Part shown: positions 32,040 through 41,042 of the stretch, piece by piece
How positions within the stretch are numbered: position 1 is the stretch's first letter
Layout of the letters: each line of letters begins with the position of its first letter
NCBI GenBank assembly: GCA_963771355.1
Contig: CAVYTA010000006.1
Location: 384,001-448,000, forward strand
DNA from: an uncultured Candidatus Rokubacteria bacterium
GTDB lineage: Bacteria; Methylomirabilota; Methylomirabilia; Rokubacteriales; CSP1-6
Reading direction: 5' to 3'
DNA: 64,000 nt
The notes under the pieces: generated by a model
Told to the model about the DNA's origin: nothing
Database searches by the model: none
The model's input: only the letters and a program-made list of their open reading frames with translations
Position numbers and translations under genes: made by a program

Positions 32040-33017
32040 CTACCGTCGCGGGCCCGGCCGCCAGGTCGCCACCATTCCCGCGACGCCCGCGGGCATGAAC
32101 CGCATCGAGAGCACGAGGAGCGCCCCGAACACCGGGTGCACCAGGTCGCGGGAAATCGTGCCGGCGATGTCGGGCCAGAACTGCAGGAAGAGGCCCCCGA
32201 CCACGGCGCCCCAGACCGAGGTCATGCCGCCGAACACCGAGCCCACCAGCAAGAGAATCGAGAGCCAGTAGGTGAAGCTCTCGGGCGCGATGAAGTCGAG
32301 GAGCAGCGCGGCGAGGGCACCGGCGATGCCGGCGTAGGCGGCCCCCGCCGCGAAGATGGCGGCGGTGTAGTGGGCGAGGTCGATCCCCACGACCTGGGCG
32401 GCGACGGGATCGTCGCGCAGGGCGCGGATCGCGCGGCCGGTGGCGCTTGCGATCAGATTGCGCGCCATCCAGAGCAGCAGGGCGAGGATCCCGAGGGTGA
32501 CGAAGTACCACCATTGATCCTGATTCACGGGCAGATCCACCGGTGCGCTCGGCCGATCCAGGTAGAGGCCCTGCACGCCACCCGTCCAGGGGCTCAGATG
32601 GCTGGACTTGAGCATCTGTGGCATCGCGAGGGCAAGGGCGAACGTGGCCAGGGCGAGGTAGAAGCGGGCGAGCCGCGCCACCACGCGCCCGAAGAGGTAC
32701 CCGGCGGCCAGGCACACCAGCGCGGCGGCGAGGATTCCCGCGTAGGGGGACACCCCCCCGTGGCGCATCAGCACCGCCATGGTGTAGGCGCCCAGCCCGT
32801 AGAACGCGCCGTGCCCGAGCGAGATCAGCCCCGCCTGGCCCGTGATGAGGTTGAGCCCGAGGATGGCAATCGCGTGCGTGGCGGCGAAGGCGAGCTGGTA
32901 GGTCCGGAAGTCCCACAGCAGGAACGGGAGCGCGAGCGCGCACGCGACGAGGGGCACCAAGGCGAGGCGCGGATCCAGGGCGCGGGCGCCGGGTCCTGTC
33001 GCCGGCACGGTGGTCAT
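32040..33017 (-). CDS. livM: Branched-chain amino acid ABC transporter permease (orphan)
   Basis: GLNLITG.AG.ISLGHGAFYGLGAY, YLALAT, GRAIRALRDD..AA, GI and MP.G motifs. Confidence 0.88.
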   Translation of the reverse strand: MTTVPATGPGARALDPRLALVPLVACALALPFLLWDFRTYQLAFAATHAIAILGLNLITGQAGLISLGHGAFYGLGAYTMAVLMRHGGVSPYAGILAAALVCLAAGYLFGRVVARLARFYLALATFALALAMPQMLKSSHLSPWTGGVQGLYLDRPSAPVDLPVNQDQWWYFVTLGILALLLWMARNLIASATGRAIRALRDDPVAAQVVGIDLAHYTAAIFAAGAAYAGIAGALAALLLDFIAPESFTYWLSILLLVGSVFGGMTSVWGAVVGGLFLQFWPDIAGTISRDLVHPVFGALLVLSMRFMPAGVAGMVATWRPGPRR

Positions 33018-33044
33018 GTCGTCTTGCCGGGAGGATAGCACGTC
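33013..33044 (-). repeat. 32-bp direct repeat copy 2 (extended -10, short leader, start codon)
   Basis: Minus strand GACGTGCTATCCTCCCGGCAAGACGACATGAC; 31/32 identical to 31115-31146. Confidence 0.93.
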
Positions 33045-33101
33045 TGCTACGGTGGCGCGGCGGGGCAGGGACGCGGCTCACCTCGAGCAGGAGGGATCGA
33101 C

Positions 33102-34334
33102 ATGACGCTGGATGCGCGTGAACGGGACGAGAAGGGGAAGATCTCGCGGCGGGGGCTCATCACGGTGATGGGGGCGGCGGGCGCGGCGATGCTGGCGCCC
33201 GGGCTCGCGCGCGGACAGACCCCGCCGGCCGGTCCGATGGCGCCGCCGAGCACGGTGACCACGCCGCCGCGCGATTTCGGGCCCAATGCGCCGCCCAATG
33301 TGTACTTCACCGATCCGGACGTCCTCACCATACAGCCCGCGTTCGACGGGCTCCGCCAGCCGAACGCGCCGATCCAGCGACTGTGGACGGGCGCGCTGTG
33401 GTCGGAGGGGCCGGCGTGGTCGGGCCAGGGCCGCTACCTCGTGTGGAGCGACATCCCCAATAACCGGCAGCTCCGCTGGCTCGAGGACAACGGGAAGGTG
33501 ACCGTGTTCCGCAGCCCGTCGAACAACAGCAACGGCAACACGTTCGACTTCCAGGGCCGCCAGCTCTCCTGCGAGCATCTCACCCGGCGCGTGGTCCGCT
33601 ACGAGCTCGACGGCTCGGTGACCGTGCTCGCGGAGGCGTTCGGCGGCAAGCGTCTCAACTCGCCGAACGACGTGGTGCCCCATCCGGACGGCAGCTACTG
33701 GTTCACCGATCCGCCCTATGGCGGCCAGCTCTACGAGGGCGCGCCGGACGCCCCGGGCGGACCGAGCAACCGGGCGAGCCGCCTCAACCCGCGGCTGGGG
33801 CAGCCGCCCGAGATCGGCCGCACGAGTCGTGAGCTCCCTACCTCCACGTACCGCCTCGACCCGAGCGGCCGCGTGGATCGGGTGGTGGGCGAGGATCAGG
33901 TGCCGGATCCGAACGGGCTCTGCTTCTCGCCCGACTACAAGAAGCTCTACGTGGTCAGCACCGGGAAGGGGCCGGGCGATACCGGGCCGGGCGGCAAGGG
34001 CGAGATGTACGTGTTCGACGTGGGCAGCGATGGGAAGGCCACCAACGGCAAGCTCTTCAGCAACTTCATGGTAGACGGCGTCAAGTGCGGGCCGGACGGC
34101 GTGCGCGCCGACGTGGAGGGGAACCTCTGGTGCTCGAGCAATGCCGGGCGCAGCGTGGGCTATAGCGGGGTGACGGTGTGGTCGCCGCAGGGGCAGCTCA
34201 TCGGGCGCATCCGCCTCCCCGAGATCTGCGGCAATGTCTGCTTCGGCGGCCCCAAGCGCAATCGCCTCTTCATGGCGGCGAGCCAGTCGCTCTACGCGCT
34301 GTACACCGGGACCCAGGGCGCGGCGCCGGGATAG
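33102..34334 (+). CDS. SMP-30 / gluconolactonase family protein, Tat-exported
   Basis: SRRGLI Tat motif; WSEGP, WSDIPNN, NSNGNTFD, RLNSPND, PNGLCFSPD and PDG motifs. Confidence 0.92.
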   Translation: MTLDARERDEKGKISRRGLITVMGAAGAAMLAPGLARGQTPPAGPMAPPSTVTTPPRDFGPNAPPNVYFTDPDVLTIQPAFDGLRQPNAPIQRLWTGALWSEGPAWSGQGRYLVWSDIPNNRQLRWLEDNGKVTVFRSPSNNSNGNTFDFQGRQLSCEHLTRRVVRYELDGSVTVLAEAFGGKRLNSPNDVVPHPDGSYWFTDPPYGGQLYEGAPDAPGGPSNRASRLNPRLGQPPEIGRTSRELPTSTYRLDPSGRVDRVVGEDQVPDPNGLCFSPDYKKLYVVSTGKGPGDTGPGGKGEMYVFDVGSDGKATNGKLFSNFMVDGVKCGPDGVRADVEGNLWCSSNAGRSVGYSGVTVWSPQGQLIGRIRLPEICGNVCFGGPKRNRLFMAASQSLYALYTGTQGAAPG

Positions 34335-34392
34335 GCGCCGTCGGCCCGGCAACGGACGACATGCGGAAACCCACCCCCACGCGGAGGCCTCC

Positions 34393-35259
34393 ATGAAGCG
34401 ACTCAGCATCATTCTGCTCGCCATCAGTTTCGTCGGAGCGTTTGCCGGATCCGTCGCCGCCCAGGCGCTGGATGGCACGCTCAAGAAGATCCAGAGCACC
34501 GGCGTCATCCGCGTCGGCTACCGCGAGAGCTCCGCCCCGTTCTCGTTCATGGGACCCGAGGGCAAGCCCGTCGGCTACTCGATCGACCTGTGTGACCGCG
34601 TGGTGCGAGCGGTGCAGGCGGAGCTGAAGCTAGCGAGCCTCAAGGTCCAGTACGTGCCGGTGACGGTGTCGAATCGCGCCGACCTGGTCATCAGCGGCGC
34701 AGTGGATATTGAATGCGGTTCCACCACCATCACGTTGGCCCGCCAGGAGCGGGTGGACTTCACCAACCTCACCTTCATCGACGGGGGCGGGTTTATGGTG
34801 GGGCGAGGCTCCGGCATCCAGGGCATCACGGATCTTGCCGGTAAGAAGATCGGGGTGATCCCGGGCACCACCACCGAGCCTGCGATCAAGGAGGAGCTGC
34901 AGCGGAGCGGCGTCACCGCCACCATCGTTCCCGTCACCGATCACGACAAGGGATTCGCCGCGCTTAAGGCGGGCGAGATCGACGCCTATGTCTCCGACCG
35001 GGTCATCCTCGTCGGCTTGCTCATCCGGGAGAACGCGGCGGACAGCTTCGGCATCACCGATGGGCAGTTCTCCTACGAGCCCTATGCGCTCATGCTGAGG
35101 CGGAACGACTCCGCCTTCCGTCTGGTGGCTAACCGGGCCCTCGCGCGGCTGTATCGCTCCGGCGATATCGCGCCAATCTATAGCAAGTGGTTCGGCGCGG
35201 TGGGGCGGCCGTCGGCTCCGCTCCTCATCATGTACCGGCTCTTCGCGCTGCCCGAGTAG
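34393..35259 (+). CDS. Amino acid ABC transporter substrate-binding protein (GltI-like)
   Basis: Signal peptide; TLKKI, GYRESSAPFS, GYSIDLC, DIECGSTT and EPYALM motifs; SD GGAGG. Confidence 0.92.
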   Translation: MKRLSIILLAISFVGAFAGSVAAQALDGTLKKIQSTGVIRVGYRESSAPFSFMGPEGKPVGYSIDLCDRVVRAVQAELKLASLKVQYVPVTVSNRADLVISGAVDIECGSTTITLARQERVDFTNLTFIDGGGFMVGRGSGIQGITDLAGKKIGVIPGTTTEPAIKEELQRSGVTATIVPVTDHDKGFAALKAGEIDAYVSDRVILVGLLIRENAADSFGITDGQFSYEPYALMLRRNDSAFRLVANRALARLYRSGDIAPIYSKWFGAVGRPSAPLLIMYRLFALPE

Positions 35260-35292
35260 AGGCGGGCGGACCCACCCGCGAGGCGCGCGGCG

Positions 35293-36295
35293 GTGCCGAA
35301 CGTGCTGGTGACCATGCCCTTCGACGAGGGCCTGCTCGACCGGCTGCGGGCAGTGTCGCCGGACCTCGCGGTGACGCGGGGCGACCCCGCCACCGCCGAC
35401 TACTCGCGCGCCGACGTGCTCTACGCGGGCAATCCGCCGCGGGATCTCGCGCGCGCTCCGCGGCTCACCTGGGCGCAGCTGCACATGGCGGGGGTGAACG
35501 CGCTGCACGATCACCCCATCTTCGCCGCGCGCCAGGTCGCGCTGACCACCTCGAGCGGCGTGCACGCGGCCGCCATCGCGGAGTACGCGGTCACCATGCT
35601 GCTGGCACTCGCGCACCGAGTGCCCCGCATGGTCGAGTGGCAGGGGCGGGGCGGCTGGCCGCCCGACGAGCAGCGCTGGCCGCTGTTCGTGCCCACCGAG
35701 GTGCGGGGCGCCACGCTGGGCATCATCGGCTACGGGAGCATCGGGCGCGAGCTGGGGCGCATCGCCAAGACCGCGTTCGGCATGACCGTGCTCGCGTGCA
35801 AGCGCGACCCCACGCGGCGGGCGGACGACGGGCTACTGTCTGCCGGGGACCGGTGATCCGGAGGGTCGCGTGCCGGACGAGTGGCTGCCGCCCGCGGGGC
35901 TCCCCGGGCTGCTCGCGCGGTCCGACGTCGTGGTCATGTGCGCGCCGCTCACGCGCGAGACCCGCGGCATGCTCGGCGCGCGCGAGCTCGCCGCCATGAA
36001 GCCCACCGCCTACTTCATCAACGTCGGGCGCGGCGACACGGTGGACGAGACGGCGCTGGCCGCCGCGCTCGGAGCCGGGCGCCTGGCGGGGGCGGCGGTG
36101 GACGTCTTTGCCAAGGAGCCGCCTGCCGCGGGCCACCCGCTCTACGGCCTCGACAACGTCATCCTCTCGCCGCACGTGTCCGGGTTCCTGCCGAGCTACG
36201 ACGAGAAATGCGTGACGCTCTTCGCGGAGAACCTGCGCCGCTATCTGGCCGGCGACGTCCTCCTCAACCTGGTGGACCGCGCCCGCGGCTACTAG
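35293..36295 (+). CDS. D-2-hydroxyacid dehydrogenase; +1 frameshift at 35830-35832
   Basis: GIIGYGSIG, PLT.ET, INVGRG, DVF..EP and SPHVSG motifs; removing one G restores DDGYCLPGTGDPEG. Confidence 0.87.
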
Positions 36296-37500
36296 ACGCG
36301 CCGCGGAAGACCGCCCGCCGCCCGCGACGACGACGTGCCCAGCGCGAAGAGCACCGCGCTCGCGACGACGGCGAAGGGTGCAGCCCCGAAGGCGATCGCG
36401 TAGGAGCCGGTGAAGTCGTGGAGAAAGCCCGCCGCCGCCGGACCCAGCGCGGCGCCGCAGCGCCAGCCCAGGGTGAGGATGCCCATGATGGCGCCGATCG
36501 CGCGCATGCCGAACAGATCGGGCACCACCTTCACCACCATGGTGTCCGTGGCGGCGAAGCCGGCGCCGAAGAGCGCCACCGAGGCCAGGAGAATCTCGCG
36601 CGAGGGAATCCAGCGCAGGGCGAGCAGGGCGACGGCGGTGAGGCCGTAGGCGACGTAGATCGTGGTCCGAGGCCCGAGGCGATCGGAGAAGGCCCCGCCG
36701 GTGAGCCGGCCCAGCGCGGCGCCGAGTCCATAGGTGGTGAGCGCGAGTGATGCCCCCGCCAGGCCGATGCCCTGGTCCCGCGCGAAGGGCACGATGTGGA
36801 CGGACACCATGAGGGCCAGCGCGCCCTGGAGCAGCCAGGATCCATTGAGGTACCAGTGCCGCGGATCCGCCAGCGCCTCGCGCAAGGTGGCGCCGGGCCC
36901 GACGCCCAGCGCCGAGCCGCGGGACCCGGCGGAGCCGTCGCGGAGCGCGGCTCCTTCGGTCCCGCGCGGGAGCCGCACGGACAGCGCGGCCGCGAGCGTG
37001 ACGAGCCCGGCGCCTCCGGCCAGCCACGCGTAGGCATGGCGCCAGCCCACCGCCTCGATCAGCCAGGCCGCGAGCGGCCCCCCGGTGATGTACCCCAGGT
37101 TGAACCCGACGAAGACGACGGCGAGGGCGAGACCACGGTGCGCGACGAACCAGTGGGCCACGGTGGAGGCGCCCAGCAGATAGAAGCCCGACATCCCCAC
37201 TCCGGCCAGCACGCCCACGAAGAGATAGAGCTGCCAGAGGCTGTGCACCGTGGCGACGAGCATGAACCCCGCCGTGGCCAGGATCACGGTGACGACGAGC
37301 AGGAGCCGCGGCCCGTGGCGGTCCGCCAGCGCGCCGACCACGAACCCGGCCACGCCGCCCAGGATCAGATTCAGCGACAGTGCGGCGGAGATGGCGCCCC
37401 GGCTCCAGCCGAAGGTCTCGGCGAGCACGGGCAGGAAGACGCCGTAGGCGGCGAGCGGGGTCGAGATCCCGTAGGTGACCGCGAAGAGCGCGGCCACCAC
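36292..37500 (-). CDS. MFS transporter (OFA/MCT-like); true start unresolved
   Basis: About 12 TM segments; FGWSR, GALADRHGPR, WF..HRGLA and SDRLG motifs. Confidence 0.85.
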   Translation of the reverse strand: MVAALFAVTYGISTPLAAYGVFLPVLAETFGWSRGAISAALSLNLILGGVAGFVVGALADRHGPRLLLVVTVILATAGFMLVATVHSLWQLYLFVGVLAGVGMSGFYLLGASTVAHWFVAHRGLALAVVFVGFNLGYITGGPLAAWLIEAVGWRHAYAWLAGGAGLVTLAAALSVRLPRGTEGAALRDGSAGSRGSALGVGPGATLREALADPRHWYLNGSWLLQGALALMVSVHIVPFARDQGIGLAGASLALTTYGLGAALGRLTGGAFSDRLGPRTTIYVAYGLTAVALLALRWIPSREILLASVALFGAGFAATDTMVVKVVPDLFGMRAIGAIMGILTLGWRCGAALGPAAAGFLHDFTGSYAIAFGAAPFAVVASAVLFALGTSSSRAAGGLPRRV

Positions 37501-37686
37501 GAGCCAGCGGCGGGCGTGCGGGCGCAGGGGGCGCTAGCCGAGATCCCGCTCGGTCGGCTCGCGCCGCGCGCGCGTCACCGTGCCCCGTCTCTTCAGCATC
37601 GGCGGCTATGTTAGCCCAAGCCCGTGTACAATGCCGTGACGCATTGAGGGAGTGACGCGGTGCCCCCGGTTCTCAGGAGAGCGGAC

Positions 37687-39042
37687 ATGGCCGACGCCCG
37701 GACGATCGAGCATCTGTGGACGCACAAGACGCAGGACCACCCCTGGCTGGCCGACGAGGATCTCGTCATCGACCATGCCGAGGGCGTGTGGGTGTGGACG
37801 GAGAAGGGCAAGAAGCTCCTGGACGGCTTCGCCGGGCTCGCGGTGGTGAACGTGGGCCACGGCCGCCGCGAGATCGCGGAGGCCATCGCGGAGCAGACGG
37901 TGCGGCTCGCCTACTACCCCACCACGCGCCAGTTCTCCAATCGGCCCGCGGCGGAGCTTGCCGCCCGACTGGCCAGCCTCACGCCGGGCGACCTCCGCTA
38001 CTCCTTCTTCGCGGTGAGCGGCTCCGAAGCCAACGAGCGGTCCATGCAGATCGCCCGGCAGTACTGGCTCGCCAAGGGCAAGACCGCCAAGCACAAGGTC
38101 ATCTCGTTCGAGGGCGGCTATCACGGCGCCACCATGGGCACCTTCGCGGTCTGCGGGCTGCCCCAGCTCGCGGCGCCCTATGCCCCGCTGCAGGTCCCGG
38201 GCTTCGCCAAGGTGAAGCCGCCGCATCCCTTCCGCGACCGCGGCACCGGCACCGACGCGGAGCTGATCGCGCGCCGCGCGGCCGAGCTGCGGGAGGCCAT
38301 CCTCCGCGAGGGGCCGGACACGGTGTCGGCGGTGATCCTCGAGCCCGTGCTCTCGTCGGGTGGCTTCATCATGCCGCCCATCGGCTGGCTGCGCGCGGTG
38401 CGCGCGATCTGCGACGAGCTGGACGTGCTCATGATCGCGGACGAGGTCATCACCGGCTTCGGACGCACCGGGCGCTGGTTCGCGTGCGAGCACGACGGCG
38501 TGGTGCCCGATCTCATGTCGGTGGCCAAGGGCATCACCTCGGGCTATATCCCGCTGTCCGCCAGCATCGCCCGCCCGCATCTGGCCGACGCCTTCCCCGC
38601 CGGCTCCACCCAGGAGAACGTGCACCCGAACACCTATGCCGCCCATCCCGTCGCCTGCGCGGCGGCGCTGGCCACCATTCGCATCATGGAGCAGGACAAG
38701 CTGGTGGAGAACGCGGAGGCCATGGGGCAGCGCCTGCTCGCGGGGCTGCAGGGGGCGCTCGGCCGCTCGCCCATCGTGGGTGAGGTGCGGGGCCGCGGCC
38801 TGCTGGTCTGCGTGGACCTGGTCGAGCCGGACGGATCCGGGAAGTCCTTGGATCCCAAGACCGTGGCCGAGCTGGACCGGAAGGCGTGGGACCGGGGCGC
38901 GATCGTCTACGCGCGGGGAAACGTGCTCCGGCTCGCGCCGCCCCTGTGCATCACCAGCCACGAGGTGGACGAGCTGGTCGGCGTGGTGGCGGACAGCGTG
39001 AACGAGCTGGCCCGCGACCTCAGCAGCGGGCGGGGTCGGTGA
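37687..39042 (+). CDS. Class III PLP-dependent aminotransferase (omega-amino acid type)
   Basis: SGSEANE, YHG.T, ILEP, IADEVITGFGRTG and AKGITSGY.PL motifs. Confidence 0.94.
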   Translation: MADARTIEHLWTHKTQDHPWLADEDLVIDHAEGVWVWTEKGKKLLDGFAGLAVVNVGHGRREIAEAIAEQTVRLAYYPTTRQFSNRPAAELAARLASLTPGDLRYSFFAVSGSEANERSMQIARQYWLAKGKTAKHKVISFEGGYHGATMGTFAVCGLPQLAAPYAPLQVPGFAKVKPPHPFRDRGTGTDAELIARRAAELREAILREGPDTVSAVILEPVLSSGGFIMPPIGWLRAVRAICDELDVLMIADEVITGFGRTGRWFACEHDGVVPDLMSVAKGITSGYIPLSASIARPHLADAFPAGSTQENVHPNTYAAHPVACAAALATIRIMEQDKLVENAEAMGQRLLAGLQGALGRSPIVGEVRGRGLLVCVDLVEPDGSGKSLDPKTVAELDRKAWDRGAIVYARGNVLRLAPPLCITSHEVDELVGVVADSVNELARDLSSGRGR

Positions 39043-39397
39043 CCGTCAGCCGCACCGCGCCGGACGCCGCGTCGTAGTCGAAGTCTCCGCCCGCGCACTG
39101 GAACCGCGGCGGACCGGCCAGGAGCGCGACCACCGCGCTCTTGTCGGGCGGCCATTTCCCCTCGTTCGTGGCCTGGTAGGTCCGGAGGGCGCCGACCAGA
39201 GCGGCCAGGGTCGCCTGGTCGGCGGCCAGCCGGGCATGCGCGAGCGGGCGCTCCTCCTGGAATTTCTCCACCGTCTTGGCGGTCGAGCCCACGTACTTGT
39301 AGACCAAGGCGCCCGCCACCGCCACCACCACCAGCACCACCGCGATCTCGATGAGGCCGAGGCCGCGCTGATTCCCCACCAGCCTGCGGAGCCGCAT
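39020..39397 (-). CDS. Type IV pilin / pseudopilin-like protein
   Basis: Basic leader MRLRRLVGNQRG followed by LGLIEIAVVLVVVAVAGALV (class III signal, G-1 and E+5). Confidence 0.7.
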   Translation of the reverse strand: MRLRRLVGNQRGLGLIEIAVVLVVVAVAGALVYKYVGSTAKTVEKFQEERPLAHARLAADQATLAALVGALRTYQATNEGKWPPDKSAVVALLAGPPRFQCAGGDFDYDAASGAVRLTVTDPARC

Positions 39398-39444
39398 GCC
39401 GTGTCCCCCTCGCGGCGAGTGTATAGCGGCGGTATCATCGGGGC

Positions 39445-39708
39445 GTGAAACATTCGCTGGCGCGCGCCCTCGACTTCCTGGCCGCCGGGGCCTGGCAGGA
39501 CGCCCACGGCATCGTGCAGGCCGAGGACTCTCCGCTCGCGGCGTGGCTCCACGGCATCGTGCACACGCTGGAGGGCGACCTCGACAACGCCCGCTACTGG
39601 TACCGCAAGGCGAACCGCGCCTTTCCGGGGCCCGAGGCCGTCCAGGGCGAGATCGCGGCCGCGCGCGCCGAGGTCCGGGGTGGGGAGACCGGCCGTCTCC
39701 CGGAATGA
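39445..39708 (+). CDS. Conserved hypothetical helical protein
   Basis: W..AH.IVQ..AWLH..VH..EGD..NARYWY..A pattern; TATCAT 6 nt before the GTG. Confidence 0.75.
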   Translation: MKHSLARALDFLAAGAWQDAHGIVQAEDSPLAAWLHGIVHTLEGDLDNARYWYRKANRAFPGPEAVQGEIAAARAEVRGGETGRLPE

Positions 39709-39887
39709 AGCTGACGACCCGGCTCTCCGCGTGGGCGTTGTACCAGTTTCAGAACGGCATGATCTACGGGATCGGCTGGTTTCTCCGGCCGCGCTTCATC
39801 ATCGGCACCTTCCTGGTCCTGGCCCTGCTGTACGCGGCCGGAATCCTGTTGACGCGTCTGGTCGGCTACGTCCGGGGCGCCGGGTAG
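39705..39887 (+). CDS. Small membrane protein (60 aa)
   Basis: ATGA overlap with the upstream stop; hydrophobic C-terminal half; GC3-biased codons. Confidence 0.6.
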   Translation: MKLTTRLSAWALYQFQNGMIYGIGWFLRPRFIIGTFLVLALLYAAGILLTRLVGYVRGAG

Positions 39888-39980
39888 ATTGACGAGGGCC
39901 GGCCAACGGTGCCATCCTGCGCGGGTGCGCGGGATACCGCGCCTGTCTCTCAGGGGAACCCGCAGTGGAGGTCGCCGCAC

Positions 39981-41042
39981 ATGGCCACCATGACCGCGCA
40001 GCCGCTCGAGGGTCCCGCCGCCTGGCGGGGAGCCGACCTCGCCCGAACCACCGACTGGATCTGGCCCATCTCCGCCGCGGCGGCAGGGGAGCTGGACGCC
40101 GCGCTGCAGGGGGTGAAGCGGCGCGGTCTCGCCTGGCGCGACATCCGTCGTGAGGATTTCCCCATTCCCGACTTCGCGCGGACGCTGGCCGAGGTCCAGC
40201 GCGAGCTGGAGGACGGCCGAGGCGTCGTCCTCCTCCGGGGCCTGCCGGTGGAAGGCTACACCGAGGACGAGCTGCGGCAGCTCTACTTCGGCATCGGCGC
40301 CCATCTGGGCTCGGCGCGCTATCAGAACTCGCGAGGCGAGCTGATCGGAGAGGTGCGCGACGAGGTCCGGGTGTACGGCGCGGTGAGCCAGCCCGCCATG
40401 CCCGACCGGGACGCGAGCGCTCCGCCCACCTCGCGCTACAAGGCGCGCTCGAGCGGGCCCCTGCGCTTCCATACCGATCGCACCGACGTGGTGGCCCTGC
40501 TCTGCGTGCGCCAGGCGCGGGCGGGCGGACAGAGCAAGGTGGTCAGCTCGGTGGCCATTCACGACGCCATCCTCGCGCGCCGCCCCGACTTGCACGCGCT
40601 GCTCCTCCAGGACTATCACCGGAGCCGCGAGGGCGAGGAGGCCGGCGGAGAACGTCGCACCTTCGCGCTCCCCGTCTGGGGAATTCGCGACGGACGGTTC
40701 ACGAGCCAGTACTCGCGCACCTTCGTCGAGGCCGCCCAGCGCCTGCCCGGCGTGCCGCCGCTCACCGCGGCCCAGGACGAGGCGCTCGATCTCCTCGCCG
40801 AGGTGGCGGAGGAGCTCTGCTACGAGATGACGCTCGAGCCGGGGGACATCCAGCTCCTCAACAGCCACGTCACCTACCACGCGCGCACCGCCTACGAGGA
40901 CGACGCGGCGCGGAAGCAGGACCGTCTGCTCTACCGCCTGTGGCTCTCCGTGCCGAACAGCCGGGCGCTACCGCCCGGCTTCGAGGTGCTCTGGGGTCGC
41001 ATCGAGGCCGGCGCGCTCCGCGGCGGGATCGACCAGCGATGA
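39981..41042 (+). CDS. TauD/TfdA family dioxygenase (clavaminate-synthase-like)
   Basis: GPAAW.G, GRG.V.LRG, FHTD..DVV.LLC, GDIQ.LN...H.RT and R.L.RLWL motifs; SD GGAGG. Confidence 0.9.
   Translation: MATMTAQPLEGPAAWRGADLARTTDWIWPISAAAAGELDAALQGVKRRGLAWRDIRREDFPIPDFARTLAEVQRELEDGRGVVLLRGLPVEGYTEDELRQLYFGIGAHLGSARYQNSRGELIGEVRDEVRVYGAVSQPAMPDRDASAPPTSRYKARSSGPLRFHTDRTDVVALLCVRQARAGGQSKVVSSVAIHDAILARRPDLHALLLQDYHRSREGEEAGGERRTFALPVWGIRDGRFTSQYSRTFVEAAQRLPGVPPLTAAQDEALDLLAEVAEELCYEMTLEPGDIQLLNSHVTYHARTAYEDDAARKQDRLLYRLWLSVPNSRALPPGFEVLWGRIEAGALRGGIDQR

Noticed and set aside
37534..37536. Pyrrolysine decoding of the in-frame TAG
   Set aside because: No pyl genes in the window, and the position is a non-catalytic N-terminal tail; kept only as a low-interest anomaly
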